NCBI GenBank assembly: GCA_000165425.1
Contig: CT868097.1
Span: 254,867-318,866 of the forward strand
Source: Paramecium tetraurelia
Lineage: Eukaryota
DNA length: 64,000 nucleotides
Direction: 5' to 3'
Part shown: piece by piece, positions 27,288 to 40,206 of the stretch
Layout: each line of letters opens with the position of its first letter
Numbering within the stretch: position 1 is the first letter of the stretch
The notes under the pieces: model-generated
Seen by the model: only the letters and a program-made list of their open reading frames with translations
Told to the model about the DNA's origin: nothing
The model's database searches: none
Translations under genes and position numbers: made by a program

Positions 27288-29651
27288 ATGAAATATTAAA
27301 AGAATGGCCATCTTTTCGAAGATGGCACGTATATCGAATTCAGTATCAATAATAATAATAATACTAAAAAAACATTTATATACTAATAAATTCCAGACTC
27401 AGCTACAGCATAATTATTTGATATTAGTTCAGATTTTAATTAGATTGATCAATTATCAGAATCTAGACTATCCCCTGAGATCAAATCATTTTAGGCTAGA
27501 AAGGAAGAGAGCATATTTTAGAAATGCCTAAATAAGATTCCAGTGTTTCACCCAACTTCAAAGGGCTTGATAGCTTGGCAATTTATCATGGTCATCATAA
27601 TTTTGTTATACTTTTTCTATATACCATTAAAAGTAATTAATAAGGTTTATTTAGATAGCCTTTACTGATGAATTGAATGGTCTTAATCCTAATTATAATG
27701 AGATGGTTAATATTTTTCTTATATTTTCGATTATTGTGCTTGGTTTTGATTTGTTGGTTTCATTTAACACTGGATTCACATAGAATGGGTAAGTAAATAT
27801 GGATAGAAAATAGATTGTGAATAATTATATAATAATTGTATAAATTATTCTCTATCTTTTAGGAATTCGAATTGGATTTTATTGGAGTGCTGAGTCTAAT
27901 CCTCTCATATATTTTTGATCTTGACTTCATTAGATTGTTATTTTATTTGAGAATTTATTACGTCATAAGGTTTGATAATAAAATTGATCATAAATTATTG
28001 CTCAAAAAAAGTATCATAGTCTAATCATTTTAAATTAGCCTTTAAAGGGATCTACCTACTTATAAAATTGATTATTGTGATGCTCTTCGTTGCCCACATA
28101 ATGGCTTGTATATTTTATGGAATTTCTTATTCTGAATTATTGAAGGATGAAAACAACCAAGTACCTTACATTGATACTTGGATTGTTTTTAATGGTTATG
28201 TGATAGACAATGAGCAGATCTTTTAATCTTCTTTGGCTGATAGATACTTGGTATCATTCTATTGGGCCATCACTACGGTATCTACTAATGGGTATGGAGA
28301 TATAACACCAAAGAATAATTCTGAAATAGGATGGACTCTGTTGACGATGAGTAAAATAGTGATAAATATAATTAGTTATTGCTGGAATGGTGTTTGCATT
28401 TAATATATCATCGATTAGGGAAACTTTGATGGATTTGAATCAGGCTGAAATAATGGAGCATAATTTTGAGACAATAATTAGTCGTTATATGAAAATGAAG
28501 AGAATCTCAATAAGTACTTAAGAAAAGGTGATTGATTATTTTTAATATATATGGAAGGAGGAGAAAAATCGTAATAGAGAAGTAGAAGATATGCTTATAT
28601 CAAAATTAGCACCGGAGTTAAAATTACAATTATAGTATGAGACTTATGTTAAGTTTGTTAATTGCAGAATATTTTATATGATGTATTTTAGTGATGAATT
28701 TTTATACTAACTATCATAATATATGGAAGAACATACATATGGTCCTAAAGAAGAATTGTATTTTGAGGATAAACAAGGAGATTAATATTTGATGTACCTT
28801 TAAAAAGGAGAAGTTCTAATCGTAAGAATATATATTAAAATTTGAGTTTGTGGAAAGCTATTAAAACTCTGTTGATGTGAAGACTAGAATTGATTATATT
28901 GAATAAGGAAAATGCATAGGACAGCAATCTTTCTTTATGAATGAGCGATTCCCATTTAGAGCATAGACTTAAGAATGGTGCAATATTTATAGAGTATCGA
29001 GAATAAAGTTTGTGGAAGTTCTTAGAGAGCATCAGAAGGATTTTGAATTGTTCCATTTGGTTATATCAAAAAGATATAGCGATCCCTATGAGTTCTATAC
29101 AAAATTAGACCTTAAATGCTTTACTTGCATGTCAGAATCACACTAAGCAGACACTTGCGATGTAACTCATTATTACAAGAGCAATTTGGTTTTCAAAATC
29201 AATGTAAAGGATGATAAACTGAAAAGAGAGTAATTCGAAAGAAAGCGTAAGAAACAATACAAATCTGTTCTGATTCAGCACCAAATTAAACGCATTGCTT
29301 AAGATTGTATGATGAGAATGAAATCTACTAAATTTAGAAAATAGATAAATTCGGATAGTAGCTTTGAAGATTCGGAGGAGGAGGATTTCTATTAATAACA
29401 ATAATATTAGAATGAGATAGGGGAGATAAGATAGATGTTGGGCAGCATTCTTAAGGAGTTAGGAGAGGATGTGAATTTGAATTAGAAGTAATAAGTTAAA
29501 TTATTTATTCCGGAACGTAATTTATATGAATAATGATCTAGGTCCTCAGTTTGATCCTTTTGAGAGATCATTTTGCATAGATGAAGTGAAGAACTATGAA
29601 TATTTCTATCCAATGTACAACTTGATTACTATAATAAATAAAATTTTTTGA
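27288..29651 (+). CDS. Cyclic-nucleotide-binding-domain K+ channel (KCNH/CNG-like), copy A, filter TNGYGD
   Basis: Contains IPVFHPTSKGLIAWQFIM, SFNTGF, the pore SFYWAITTVSTNGYGDITPKN, a C-linker (ISKLAPELKLQLQYE), a degenerate CNBD, a CCHC motif and FCIDEVKNYEYFYPMYN. Confidence 0.9.
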
Positions 29652-29654
29652 TTT

Positions 29655-31991
29655 ATGAAATAACCTCTTTTGGATGATTAGAATTCAATGGAATTTAGCA
29701 TTAGAGCAAGTACAAATAATAAATCTTCAATTTTGTATGATATTCCGGCAATCGCTTAAATTTAACTTTTTGATGTTAGTTAGGATTTTGATTCACTATT
29801 TGATAAATGCCGCTGTTAGTAAATATTCTCTAAGCAAATTAAAATGTTCAAGGCAGAACCAAAAAGGATGTTTTACTCTAGAATATTAAATGCAATTCCT
29901 GTTTTTTATCCAGAATCAAGCAGCTTATTGATTTGGCAATTAATTGTAGTAATCATAATATTCACGTACCTATTTTACATTCCTTTTAAAGTATTCAATT
30001 ATTGATATCTTAGATAGCTTTTACCGATCAGAAGGATGGTCTCAATCCGAATGACATTTTTGGTGTGAAATCCTATTTGATTTTTTCTATCATAATGCTA
30101 GGGGTTGACCTTTTGGTAAGCTTTAATACAGGTATAAAAAAACAAGGAGATGTGATATTGGATCGTAGAGAGATTGCTTAAAAATATGTGGTTTGGGTAT
30201 TACAGTAAGTTTCTATAAATCTTAGGAATTCGAATTAGATTTGGTTGGAGTAATATCACTCATGTTGTCATTGATACTCTAAAACGATTATATTAGGATT
30301 CTATTCTATTTGAGATCTTATTACGTCATAAGATTCAGTGAGAAGATTGATCATTCCTTACAATTGAGAAGCAGTATTAATGCAAAGGTTATTTGTAGAT
30401 TGGAAGGCAGCTTACACAGTATTGAAATTGATAATCGTTGTTTTGTTTGTCAATCATCTGATGGCTTGTTTCTTCTTTGGAGTGTCTTACGATGAATATC
30501 AGAGAGATGAAGAAGGAATTTTGAATATCCCAACCTGGATTGAATACAACGGATACCTTGAGAATGACTAAACCATTCAGTCCTTATCATATTGGTCAAG
30601 GTATGTAATTTCCTTTTATTGGGCAACCACAACTGTTTCCACGGTTGGATATGGAGATATTACACCTAAGAACAGCTACGAAATTGGGATCACTCTCATT
30701 ACTATGAGTAAATGTTTAATTTTAAATTAGTTATTGCTGGAATGGTTTTTGCATTCAATGTAGCCTCAATTCGAGAAGTTATCGTTGATCTGAATTCCCA
30801 GGAAATCAGATACAATAGTTATGAAGCAGTTATCAATCGTTATATGAAGATCAAAAACATTTCAGTGTAAACTCAAGCTAGAATTATAGATTATTATCAA
30901 TATATATGGTAAGATGAGAAGAACAGGAACAGACCCATTGAACAATTCCTCATCTCTCGACTGGCTCCTGAGTTAAGATAACAATTGTAATATGAGACTC
31001 ATATCAATTTTGTTAAATGCTAAATATTCTTGAATCTTGATTTCTCTGAAATGTTCATTCGTTCCCTTGTTTAATATATGCAAGAGGAGAGTTATGGACC
31101 CGGAGAAAATATTCACTTTAATCTCCTACATCCTCATCTGATGTTTCTATAGAATGGAGAAATTTTGATTGTACTTTACTTCTCATTATTAGTATGTGGA
31201 TACTGCTCATACTTTTATTAATATTAAGACTAAAATTGACTTAGTGAAATCTGGATAATGTCTCGGCCAATTATCTTTTTTTACAGAATAAAGATTTCCT
31301 TACAAAGCAGAAACCTTATCCTGTTGTAATATGTATAAATTATCAAAAACTGATTTCTTGAATGAAATTATCAATTTCCCCAAAGATTTTGAAATTTATC
31401 ATTCTCTTATTTCCTAATAATACAAGGATCAATAAAAACTTTTTAATCAATTAGATTTAAAATGCTTCACCTGTCAATCTGACAACCATTTAGCAGATTA
31501 ATGTGAACTCACTCATTATTATCCAAAATATATATTGGCTCACATCAAAGTCAAGGATGATTAATAGAAAAGAGATAATTTTTAAAGGAAAAAACGCTAA
31601 TAATAAAATTCAGTTTTCATCTCTAAAAAAGTTTAACTCTCTATTTTTGAATATAATGTTAGGATAAGATAGTTAAAGCGAATTTTTATGAAATAATTAA
31701 TCTAATTTGAAATGATAGAGGAAATAGAAGAAGAAGAAAACTAAGAATAATATTATGATGATATTGGTGAAATTAAAAGTATGATCAGCTTAATCATGAA
31801 TAATATTGGTATCAAATAATAGTAACCTTTCAAACCACATAATGTGTTCATTCCATAAAGTATATTTTATATCCATATTAGAACCTAAATTTGATCCTTA
31901 TGAAACTTCATTTGATATAGATTTAGTTAAGAATTACGAACACTTTTATCCTAAATACAATCTAGATAATATTATCAACAGGTTGTTCTGA
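29655..31991 (+). CDS. Cyclic-nucleotide-binding-domain K+ channel, copy B, filter TVGYGD
   Basis: Tandem paralog of copy A with the same intron positions. Pore is SFYWATTTVSTVGYGDITPKN and the end is FDIDLVKNYEHFYPKYNLDNIINRLF*. The start could be the second Met at about 29688. Confidence 0.9.
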
Positions 31992-32103
31992 TTTTTATTA
32001 TTTCATTTATTATATAACTACATACTAAGTCTATTGCATATTTTTATTAATTCTTATGTACTATTTTATAAAATTTATCATTTATTTTTTAAATTCAAAA
32101 TAA

Positions 32104-33548
32104 ATGTCAATTGCAGATTTTGCCGAGAAAATTTATGTCGAACTCGACAAGATGGGATTACATTCATCAAGCATTCGAGTAGACATATCTGAAATTATTG
32201 ATTTTGCTTTTAGAATGCAAGTATGCGATATTGTTCCTAAAAATTTAGTATGAGAAGGAAGATATTGAAAGAAAGCTCTAAACAGAAATTGATAGACTTC
32301 TAATTCAATTATCATAAAAATAAAAATGTTTGTTACATTAAACAAGTATTTAGCTAAATTTACATAAGAATAGGTGATCTTTGATTTTGAGAAGATAGAA
32401 CTCCTCCTTTATGAAAAAAATGAATACAAAATGTTGCATGATTGTATTGATTTCATAAAAGCATGCAAATTGAACATTTAAAAACGTAATATCCAGAATT
32501 GGGATTCAGAATAAATTTCAGATGATGGTACATCTTTTATGATAAAATATAGCATTTTTATGTTCAAATTCGTTAAACATGCAAAAAACTATTTAATTTG
32601 CTTAAGAGAATAAAAAATTACAGGAAATCATTTAAAATATCAATAAAAGCTCAATTTCATTAAGTTAAAAAGAACAATTAGTTTACAACATTATTAAATC
32701 ATAAACAAAAACTTTATCTCCTAAATAACATGTGATTCTAGATGTAAATTATTAATATTATCCTAGGATGTACTAAATATTAGTTATTAACCTAATAATA
32801 AAAAAGGAAATCTAAGCATCTTATCCAGCATTCAATTTCCAGATCAAATAAACACAAAATTAAACAAATTAGGAGACAAGATCTTACTTCTCACAAATGA
32901 AGGATTTAAAGATTGTGCTTCGCCAAAGTTTTAATTCTCTTCCCTTAGTCCTATCAAACCACTCTAAGAAATTAAAGATAAATCTATAAAATCACATAGA
33001 TCTTCATTAATTTTAGGTTCATTCCAAAACACAGAAAATAAATCATAACAACAATTTATAATTCCAAGAATTTAGGTTGAAAAGCTCGAAGATTTGAAAG
33101 AAAAGGATGATACAGATTACAAAGAGATTAATAAAAAATATGGAAGCTTCAATTCTTAAGATAAGAATAATAAATCAAACAATATGCACACTAATAAGAA
33201 AAAAAACCCTAAATAATTATCGTTATTCGAAAAACAGTCCTTCTATGATCGAAGTACCTTCATAAACATAGGTTCAAATATTCCAAGGAGTAAAGAAACT
33301 AAAGACACCGACAATAGAAGAAGCGATTCCTAAAAATCTAGAGAAAGAAATCAAACGTTTCATTGTGGATAGCCTTAATAAAGTAAATTTCTTAAAGAAT
33401 TAATGCAAAAAGTTTATTCTAGAAATAATCCAATCAAAAAACCCTACAAAATAAGTGAATTTGAAAAAAAATAGTTGAGTCTTTTAAGTAAAATATAATT
33501 ATATGAGTAGTTGGAAAGGCTAAAAAATAATAATCGTTACATAATTGA
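32104..33548 (+). CDS. Hypothetical protein
   Basis: Starts MSIADFAEKIYVELDKMG, with short introns at about 32221, 32745 and 33489 and an S/Q/K-rich C-terminal half. Confidence 0.6.
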
Positions 33549-33982
33549 ATAATTTTCATATTGGCTTAATTTCTTAAATTATTTTTTAACATATAAGATA
33601 AATGTCAAAATTTTAGTTATAGAATAATTAAAAATAAAAAATGTGATTCATGTAATAATAACTTAATGGTTTACCTTCTATGTTTTATCAAAAGGTCTAA
33701 GGTTGGCCAAAATAAAATTCAAAAATATAATAAAATTTTTTAAAATAATAAGACTCTTATAGATTTTTGGACCATGACTCCTTTTTTTGAAATATATTAT
33801 CTTCTTTGTTCTGAAAAATATCAAAAGTTATAATTTTTTATAATGAATAAAAATTATAACATTATATTAAACTTAAATAAACAATTTACATAATTTATTG
33901 TCATGGTTCTATAAAAAACTTAAATATACTGAAAAAATACCCAATCGCAATAAAATTTATTTTAAAATATAACTAAACTTAA

Positions 33983-34505
33983 ATGAGATCACAAAGTCCA
34001 TAGATAACATAAGAACCATACAGTAGAAGTGTAGACATACTATTGATACAAATGTTCTGTTAATTTTTTCACACCTATTAGAGATAGACATATTTCTTAA
34101 CCATCCACAGGTAAGCATCTTTTTGAATGTACTCCAAGCGAAACATAATACTTAAAACAAGGACTTATACAACAATTTCAACAAAGATTATTGGAGAAAC
34201 AAAAGTTGATTGGAACTTCTGGTAATTATTATCAGGGTTATGGGAAATTAAAAAAGGAAACTTTTTACAGTAATGTATTGTTTAAAAGTGGATATGAATA
34301 ATAAGAAGAGATTAAAAGATTGAACAAAGAGAATGAAAGTTTGAAGGAGATTATAAAAAAATAAGAGGAGAAGTTATAGCAATACTTGGAGATGGGTGAT
34401 ATTTTGGAAAGGAACCAATAGCTTTAAGAGTAGGTAGAAAGATCAGAACAAGCAATATAGTAAGGAAATCAAAAAGAAAATAGCTAGAAATTAGAAAATG
34501 AATGA
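33983..34505 (+). CDS. Small coiled-coil hypothetical protein
   Basis: Starts MRSQSPQ, has one probable intron, contains EEIKRLNKENESLKEIIKKQEEKL, and stops at TGA 34503-34505. Confidence 0.55.
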
Positions 34506-34556
34506 CTAATTTATATTTATTTATAATTTATTAACGAATATAAAGTTTGCTTGCTA

Positions 34557-35179
34557 ATGAAACCTGTAAAAATTACGAATAACGAAAATGTTAATCCGTT
34601 GTCTTAAAGATAAAAGATAAAAAGAATCAATGTATTAGAATAATTTTAGAATAGATTGCTTTAGAATTATTTGAGAATCCTGTATAACTTAACATTTCCC
34701 CCTTGAGATTGAAAGTAGAAAATGATGCATAATAATATCTAGAAGCAATCAGTGCTTTTTAAACAGTGGAATTATAAAATCCAATTGTAAACGAAAGGGC
34801 TAAAAGTGTTAGTAATTCATAGATTTTTATAATAATAGTGGAAGACAATGATTTTGGGGCGTGGTAAGAACAAAAATACATTCAACCAAATTCTAATTAA
34901 TATCGATAATCTTATAAAAAATAATAAAAGAGCTGTTAGTTCAAGATTAGACAGCAATCACCAAAAATTTAATAATAAAATAAAATTACAAATAAGATTA
35001 TTCAATATCCATTGACAGGTTATTTAGAAAGGGATTAAAACCAGTTATTTTCGAGAGATAAATATTTTAAAATTATCCAGAATTTGAATGGAGCAACTCA
35101 TAGAAAAAAATCAAAGAAAATATTTCCAAACAGCACTTAAACTAGCAGGGCCTAATCATCATTATCATTTTAACTGTGA
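34557..35179 (+). CDS. Hypothetical protein
   Basis: Starts MKPVKITNNENVNPLS with short introns; the likely end is SSLSFQL*. The terminal frame is inferred. Confidence 0.5.
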
Positions 35180-35237
35180 AAGCACTACTTATAAATTTTT
35201 TGTTAACAAAGCATTATATATATACATTAATATAAAG

Positions 35238-35990
35238 TCAAGGGGAAACTGCTTGTTTTCTCTTAAACCATTGCAAGACTTCTTGATCATCATGAAATAA
35301 TTTAATTCCCTTGAATTCATCACAATCGTCAAATTTAAACAATTCAAAGGCTTTATCAATTAAATATTGCTTTTAAATTTCCTTTATCTAACACTGAGAA
35401 TATTCGAAGGTAAGTTGAGGAAATTATTGCTTCAACTAAGTTAGTAAGATTTCTGATTATTCATAAAATTGAAAATAATCTTTCATTTCTTCTTTGCTAA
35501 ATAAAATCTTGATACATTATTCCTCCAATACCTTTTGTTTGATCTATAAAATAAATTTATTTTGTTACCATTTTCACTAATTCATATTTGTCATAATAAA
35601 TTTGGATATCATAGTAAGACTAAATTAATTCCGCAACTTGAATCACAGTTCTTTCCCAATGTTATTATTCTAAAATGACTAATTTTGGCTAGAAATTGAT
35701 TCTTCTTTCATTGGCGTATAAATTTTTGATGTCTAATATTTTTTTCCAGGACAAGTCAAGCACTGCTGTATTAAAGTATAACCGATTGGTCAAAATTTTT
35801 GCTTTTAAGTCCTTATCAGAATCTAAATAACTTTTAATATAATCATCAACTATTTTCTAAATATGAAATTACATTGCTATGTTTATTCTTCAGGAGTCAT
35901 TTCTTATTATTAAGCTCCTTCATTTGAAGTAAAAAGGCCTTTCGCAAATTGAGTTGTAGCATTTTTAATTGAAGAAAAGAACTTTTTCAT
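35238..35990 (-). CDS. Hypothetical protein
   Basis: Starts MKKFFSSIKNATTQFAKGLF with short introns and ends LFHDDQEVLQWFKRKQAVSP*. Confidence 0.55.
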
Positions 35991-36514
35991 TAAATTAATA
36001 TTTTAATTAAACATATAAACTTTAATATTTATAGGGCTAATAATTTTCACCTTCACCTTCACAACCAAAAAAAGAAATTATATCTTAAAGAAAAATGTTG
36101 ATTATGCACAGTTTTAAATGTGCATTTACTTTGTCTAATTGTCCTTTGTATTGAAATGGACAATCAAAAAATTTAATTAATTCAAAACATCAAAAATTTC
36201 CTCTTTTGATTGATAGGATAGGGGTAACCTTCAATTTAGTATTATTCTAAATAAAAGCTAATATATAATTTAGATTAGATTCAGTAGATTTCTGGCAGAG
36301 GACTATCCCATAGACCTTACTAAATTTAGTGTTGATATTTAAAAATATTGCGATTATTTATTTGATTGAAATATCTCCATAGTCGGTTCCGTGGGAAATT
36401 ATGAAAATTTAATAGCAAAAGGAGCTTTTGTTGAAATTGGAAATAAGGAAGTTTTTTTTTTTAAGTGCTAATATAAATGAAAATAAATGTTGTTATAATT
36501 TTTAAATGAAGAAA

Positions 36515-37359
36515 TCATTTTAGAACTGTTTTCTATCTCTTAAGCTCTTTTTGGTTTTATGCAGATGGGATATTAAGACAACCTTCACAAGAACATTATT
36601 CTCCACAAATTTATCCCCTCTTAAAGCATTCACAATACTTTTTTTAACATCCAGTCGTTTTGCATTTGCATCCATAACTCATTTGCAAGGATAATAGTTC
36701 ATTGACTGGAACCTTTTTATCACGATGACATTTTTTATAAACATGATTTATAGCCTCATCCCTTTCTTCATAAAAATCTGTACAATTTTTACAATCTTTA
36801 CATTGGCATTCATCTAAGCACATTCTACCACTATGGAAGCATGCACAGTATCTCTTAAGACAATTACTTTAAGAACAATTACATGGCTAGATTTCTAAGT
36901 CTGCAATATTGTCTATGTCTCTTTAAAATTTATTTTAAACTTTTTGCTTTTTACTCCGTTATTTCTCCTGAATTTGAATTAGATCAGGTTTGGATGTTTG
37001 TTACTGAACTTTGGACTACTTGAATTCTTCGTCATCTTCTATTTTTATGGGTATTACAGGGTTGATAGTAGATGGTTTAGGTAAAAAATTTTAAAAGTTA
37101 GATATATAAGGGAAAAAAGGATCGTTTTGCATCACAGGATGATATACAAACCAAGAATTCTGATGATCAGTTAGTGTCTATTATATACTGGAATGAAAAG
37201 GTTGACTAATTGGTTAAAGAGTATATGTTACTTATCATGTTTAATGTAGAAAATAGGATAATATTAGACTCGATCTTAGCTTGGAGGAGGAGGTGGAGAA
37301 TTGGATTATTGTTAAGCTTCCTGCTCTTATTTTGGTTAGGGAGAAAATTATGAATTCAT
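36515..37359 (-). CDS. Tesmin/TSO1-like CXC domain protein (LIN54 family)
   Basis: Two CXC domains: CNCSQSNCLKRYCACFHSGRMCLDECQCKDCKN and GCKCKTTGCQKKYCECFKRGQICGEQCSCEGCLN. Confidence 0.9.
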
Positions 37360-37507
37360 TTTGCAAACTTATTAAAATCAATAGACTATCTAAGAACTGA
37401 TACTTATAAATCAGAATTGAAACAAGAAATATTAATAGAAAGATGATAAAAATTCAAAATTTTAAATGTTATTTGTGCATTTATAAAAATATTCATAATT
37501 GCTCAAT

Positions 37508-38511
37508 TCAATCTCTGTCAAACAATCTGTCCAAAAAGCTTTTTGGCTTATTCTATTATTGGGCTGGTTAATTGGGTCCCTATAATGATATTAGTAGGAT
37601 GAACTACTTATGTTTTATCCAATGGTTTGGCTGTGACAGGTGCTCCAGGGTGTCTTGGTGAAACGGTTTAGCCCAATGGAAGAGTGGTAGTTGGGGCATA
37701 AACAGGGCCAACTGGTGGACGAACAGTTTATACGGGGATGGATTGGACCAAGGGTTATTAGACAATTGGCTATTAGTAAACTTAGACTGGTTAGGGTTAA
37801 ACAACTTGGACTGGTTGTTAAACGTATTAGACAGGTTATTAGACAACTGGTTAAGCAACAACTTATTGGACTGGTTAGACTTATTAGTGAACAACTTATC
37901 TTTCAACTGGATAATATTCAACTCTTTCTTGATATCTATCAACAGGGACGTATTCTAAATTAGGAATCAAATTTACCTGTGTATTTCTCTTAGTATACTT
38001 ATGGTACATATTCAGTTTGGTATTCCACTGCATAATAATCTGTAACATATTTTTCTCTTGGCACTTAAACTTTTTATCTGACTTCCTCGTATTCTATGAC
38101 TGTCTTTTCATATGGGACATATTCAATTCTGCTTTCTCCTTGGATTGGTTATGCTGCAACAACTGGTTGAGCAACGACTGGTTGGGCGACGACTGATTGT
38201 GTGACTATTGGTTGTTAGACAACTGGTTGAGCATAGACTGGCTATTGAACAACTGGTTGAGTATAGACTGGTTATTGAACAACTGGTTGAGTATAGACTG
38301 GTTATTAAACAACTGGTTGAGCATACACTGGTTGTTAAACAACTGGTGCTTAATAAAGGGGTTGTGAATATCTCAATGGGGATGAGGTAAGAGGGGGTCC
38401 ATAAGTCACTGGAGCAGGAGCATATTATGGAGCGAATCCTGGTTAAAATGTTGGTTATTAGTATGGGCCAGGTTATGAAGCTGGATGTTGAGAGGGAGGA
38501 ATATTGCTCAT
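37508..38511 (-). CDS. Epiplasmin (Paramecium cortical membrane-skeleton protein)
   Basis: P/V/Q-rich flanks surround the epiplasmin core GESRIEYVPYEKTVIEYEEVRQKVQVPREKYVTDYYAVEYQTEYVPQV...EYVPVDRYQERVEYYPVERQVV. It ends KSFLDRLFDRD*. Confidence 0.9.
38221..38347 (-). repeat. 30-nt coding tandem repeat, about 4 copies, in epiplasmin
   Basis: The + strand unit aactggttgagtatagactggttattgaac recurs with few substitutions and encodes QPVVQQPVY(T/A). Confidence 0.9.
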
Positions 38512-38609
38512 TTTTGTTTTTGATAAATAAATTTATTTTGAGATTAAAAAAAGATATAATTTTTATGAATAAAAATAAATAGCGTCACTTTTTATTTAAT
38601 TATTAATTA

Positions 38610-40096
38610 TCATTCCCGAAGAAATTTGCTTATTATATTTCCAAATCCTTATTTTTTGCCTTAAAATAACTCAAGTTTTAAAATGGAATCACTGATCTTT
38701 ATTTCATCATTATGATGAAGTTCTATCAAATTTGATTCAGCTTTCTATTCCGATTATTCTGCAGTTTGTACACTTATCCAAGTCCCATTAGCAGAATCTC
38801 TATCTTAAAATCCATCGTTTATTATCCATGCTGACAACCTAATTTAAATAATCCTATTACTTTTGAGAGTACTTAATTCGACATTACTTCCTCGATATCG
38901 TATTAGAATTGATCTTTATATTATTTTCAGATCCCCTCCCTACGAAAAAGTCAATAGAATCTGTCTAAGTCTGCCCTACAAATAAATTTATGGATCTATT
39001 AATATATACTCCTTGACCTTGGAATTTCACAATTAAAATAGGTATTGAGTATTCCCTTAATTTTGCATAAAGATCTTCAATTGAAAGACTCTTTATGGAT
39101 TCAAGAGGCTCTAAAATGCCGATTTGATTTAATAAGTCACTCAAATGAATTTCATGTTTTTGTGAAGATTTCAACGTAGATAAGTGTTTAATTATACTAT
39201 ACCATTCATCATCGATATCTTTGAGATTAGGATTCAAATTGTGATTTAACAATATATTAAAAAAAGTGTCGCTTCCAATACTGAATTTATGACCTTATTT
39301 TAGCACACAAGGTTCTTATCTAAAGATTCGCAAGTACGTTCCATATATGCTCCCCAGGTCTTATATTTACACAATTTTAGGATTTCTATATTAATAGAAA
39401 CATACTCTAAAAATTAGCTAATTTTATATTTTATTTAGGCTGGGAGTTTGATAAGTTCTAAGGTTTTTGCATAAATAGGATCTAGTATTTATTGTTTTCT
39501 GAAGTAATCATTGTAGATTATCTTACAATGGATTCGGGATATCACTCTATCTTCAGGTAAAACTATAGTGTTAGAATAAAGATCTGTTACTTATGTCATT
39601 AGGAATTATATCTTAATTTTGGCGATATTATCGGCCGATTAGTATGTCAACAGAATTAGTATTTTTTTATGAATCTACAAGACTATGAAATAGTTCATTC
39701 TTATTTACCCAAATTCATTAATAAAATAATGATGGTGTGTGTTCATGTTTTTAAGTTAACTAACTTTGATATGAGGTAGTGTTGGATCAAATTAATTGTT
39801 TTAAATTGGGTCGGTGCGCTTTTGAAGATAATTCTAAATGTTTTGCGGTTTTTCTCTAAATCTTGTGCACAAATATACCTTGGTGATAGTCTATCTCTCA
39901 ATAAAGGTCTTGGCAAAGAAAAGTAAATTTAGTTATCTCCATCTTCAAAGAAACCATCATTCCTCATGGGAGGAATATCACCCATAAAAATATTGAATTG
40001 ATCGATTCCTTATTATAGAAAGGAGAAAATCTGTCTATTGATGGACAAGTCAATTTCTATTTGGTTGTCTTGAATCTCATTATCAAAATTGCTCAT
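38610..40096 (-). CDS. Double-FHA domain protein
   Basis: FHA1: IVLPEDRVISRIHCKI...DLGSIYGTYLRI. FHA2: FFVGRGSENNIKINSNTISRKQCRI...DSANGTWI. Confidence 0.8.
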
Positions 40097-40206
40097 TAAT
40101 TATATTAATTAAGTAGAAAAATATGATGACTTTTATGTTTAATTTAATTTTTGCTGAGCTTAAAAACCTATAGAATATGTAAATTATAAGATGTTATTCT
40201 ATCAAA

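Noticed and set aside
38221..38347. 30-nt periodic repeat as a CRISPR array
   Set aside because: It has no unique spacers and no cas genes. It is an in-frame peptide repeat in a eukaryotic epiplasmin.
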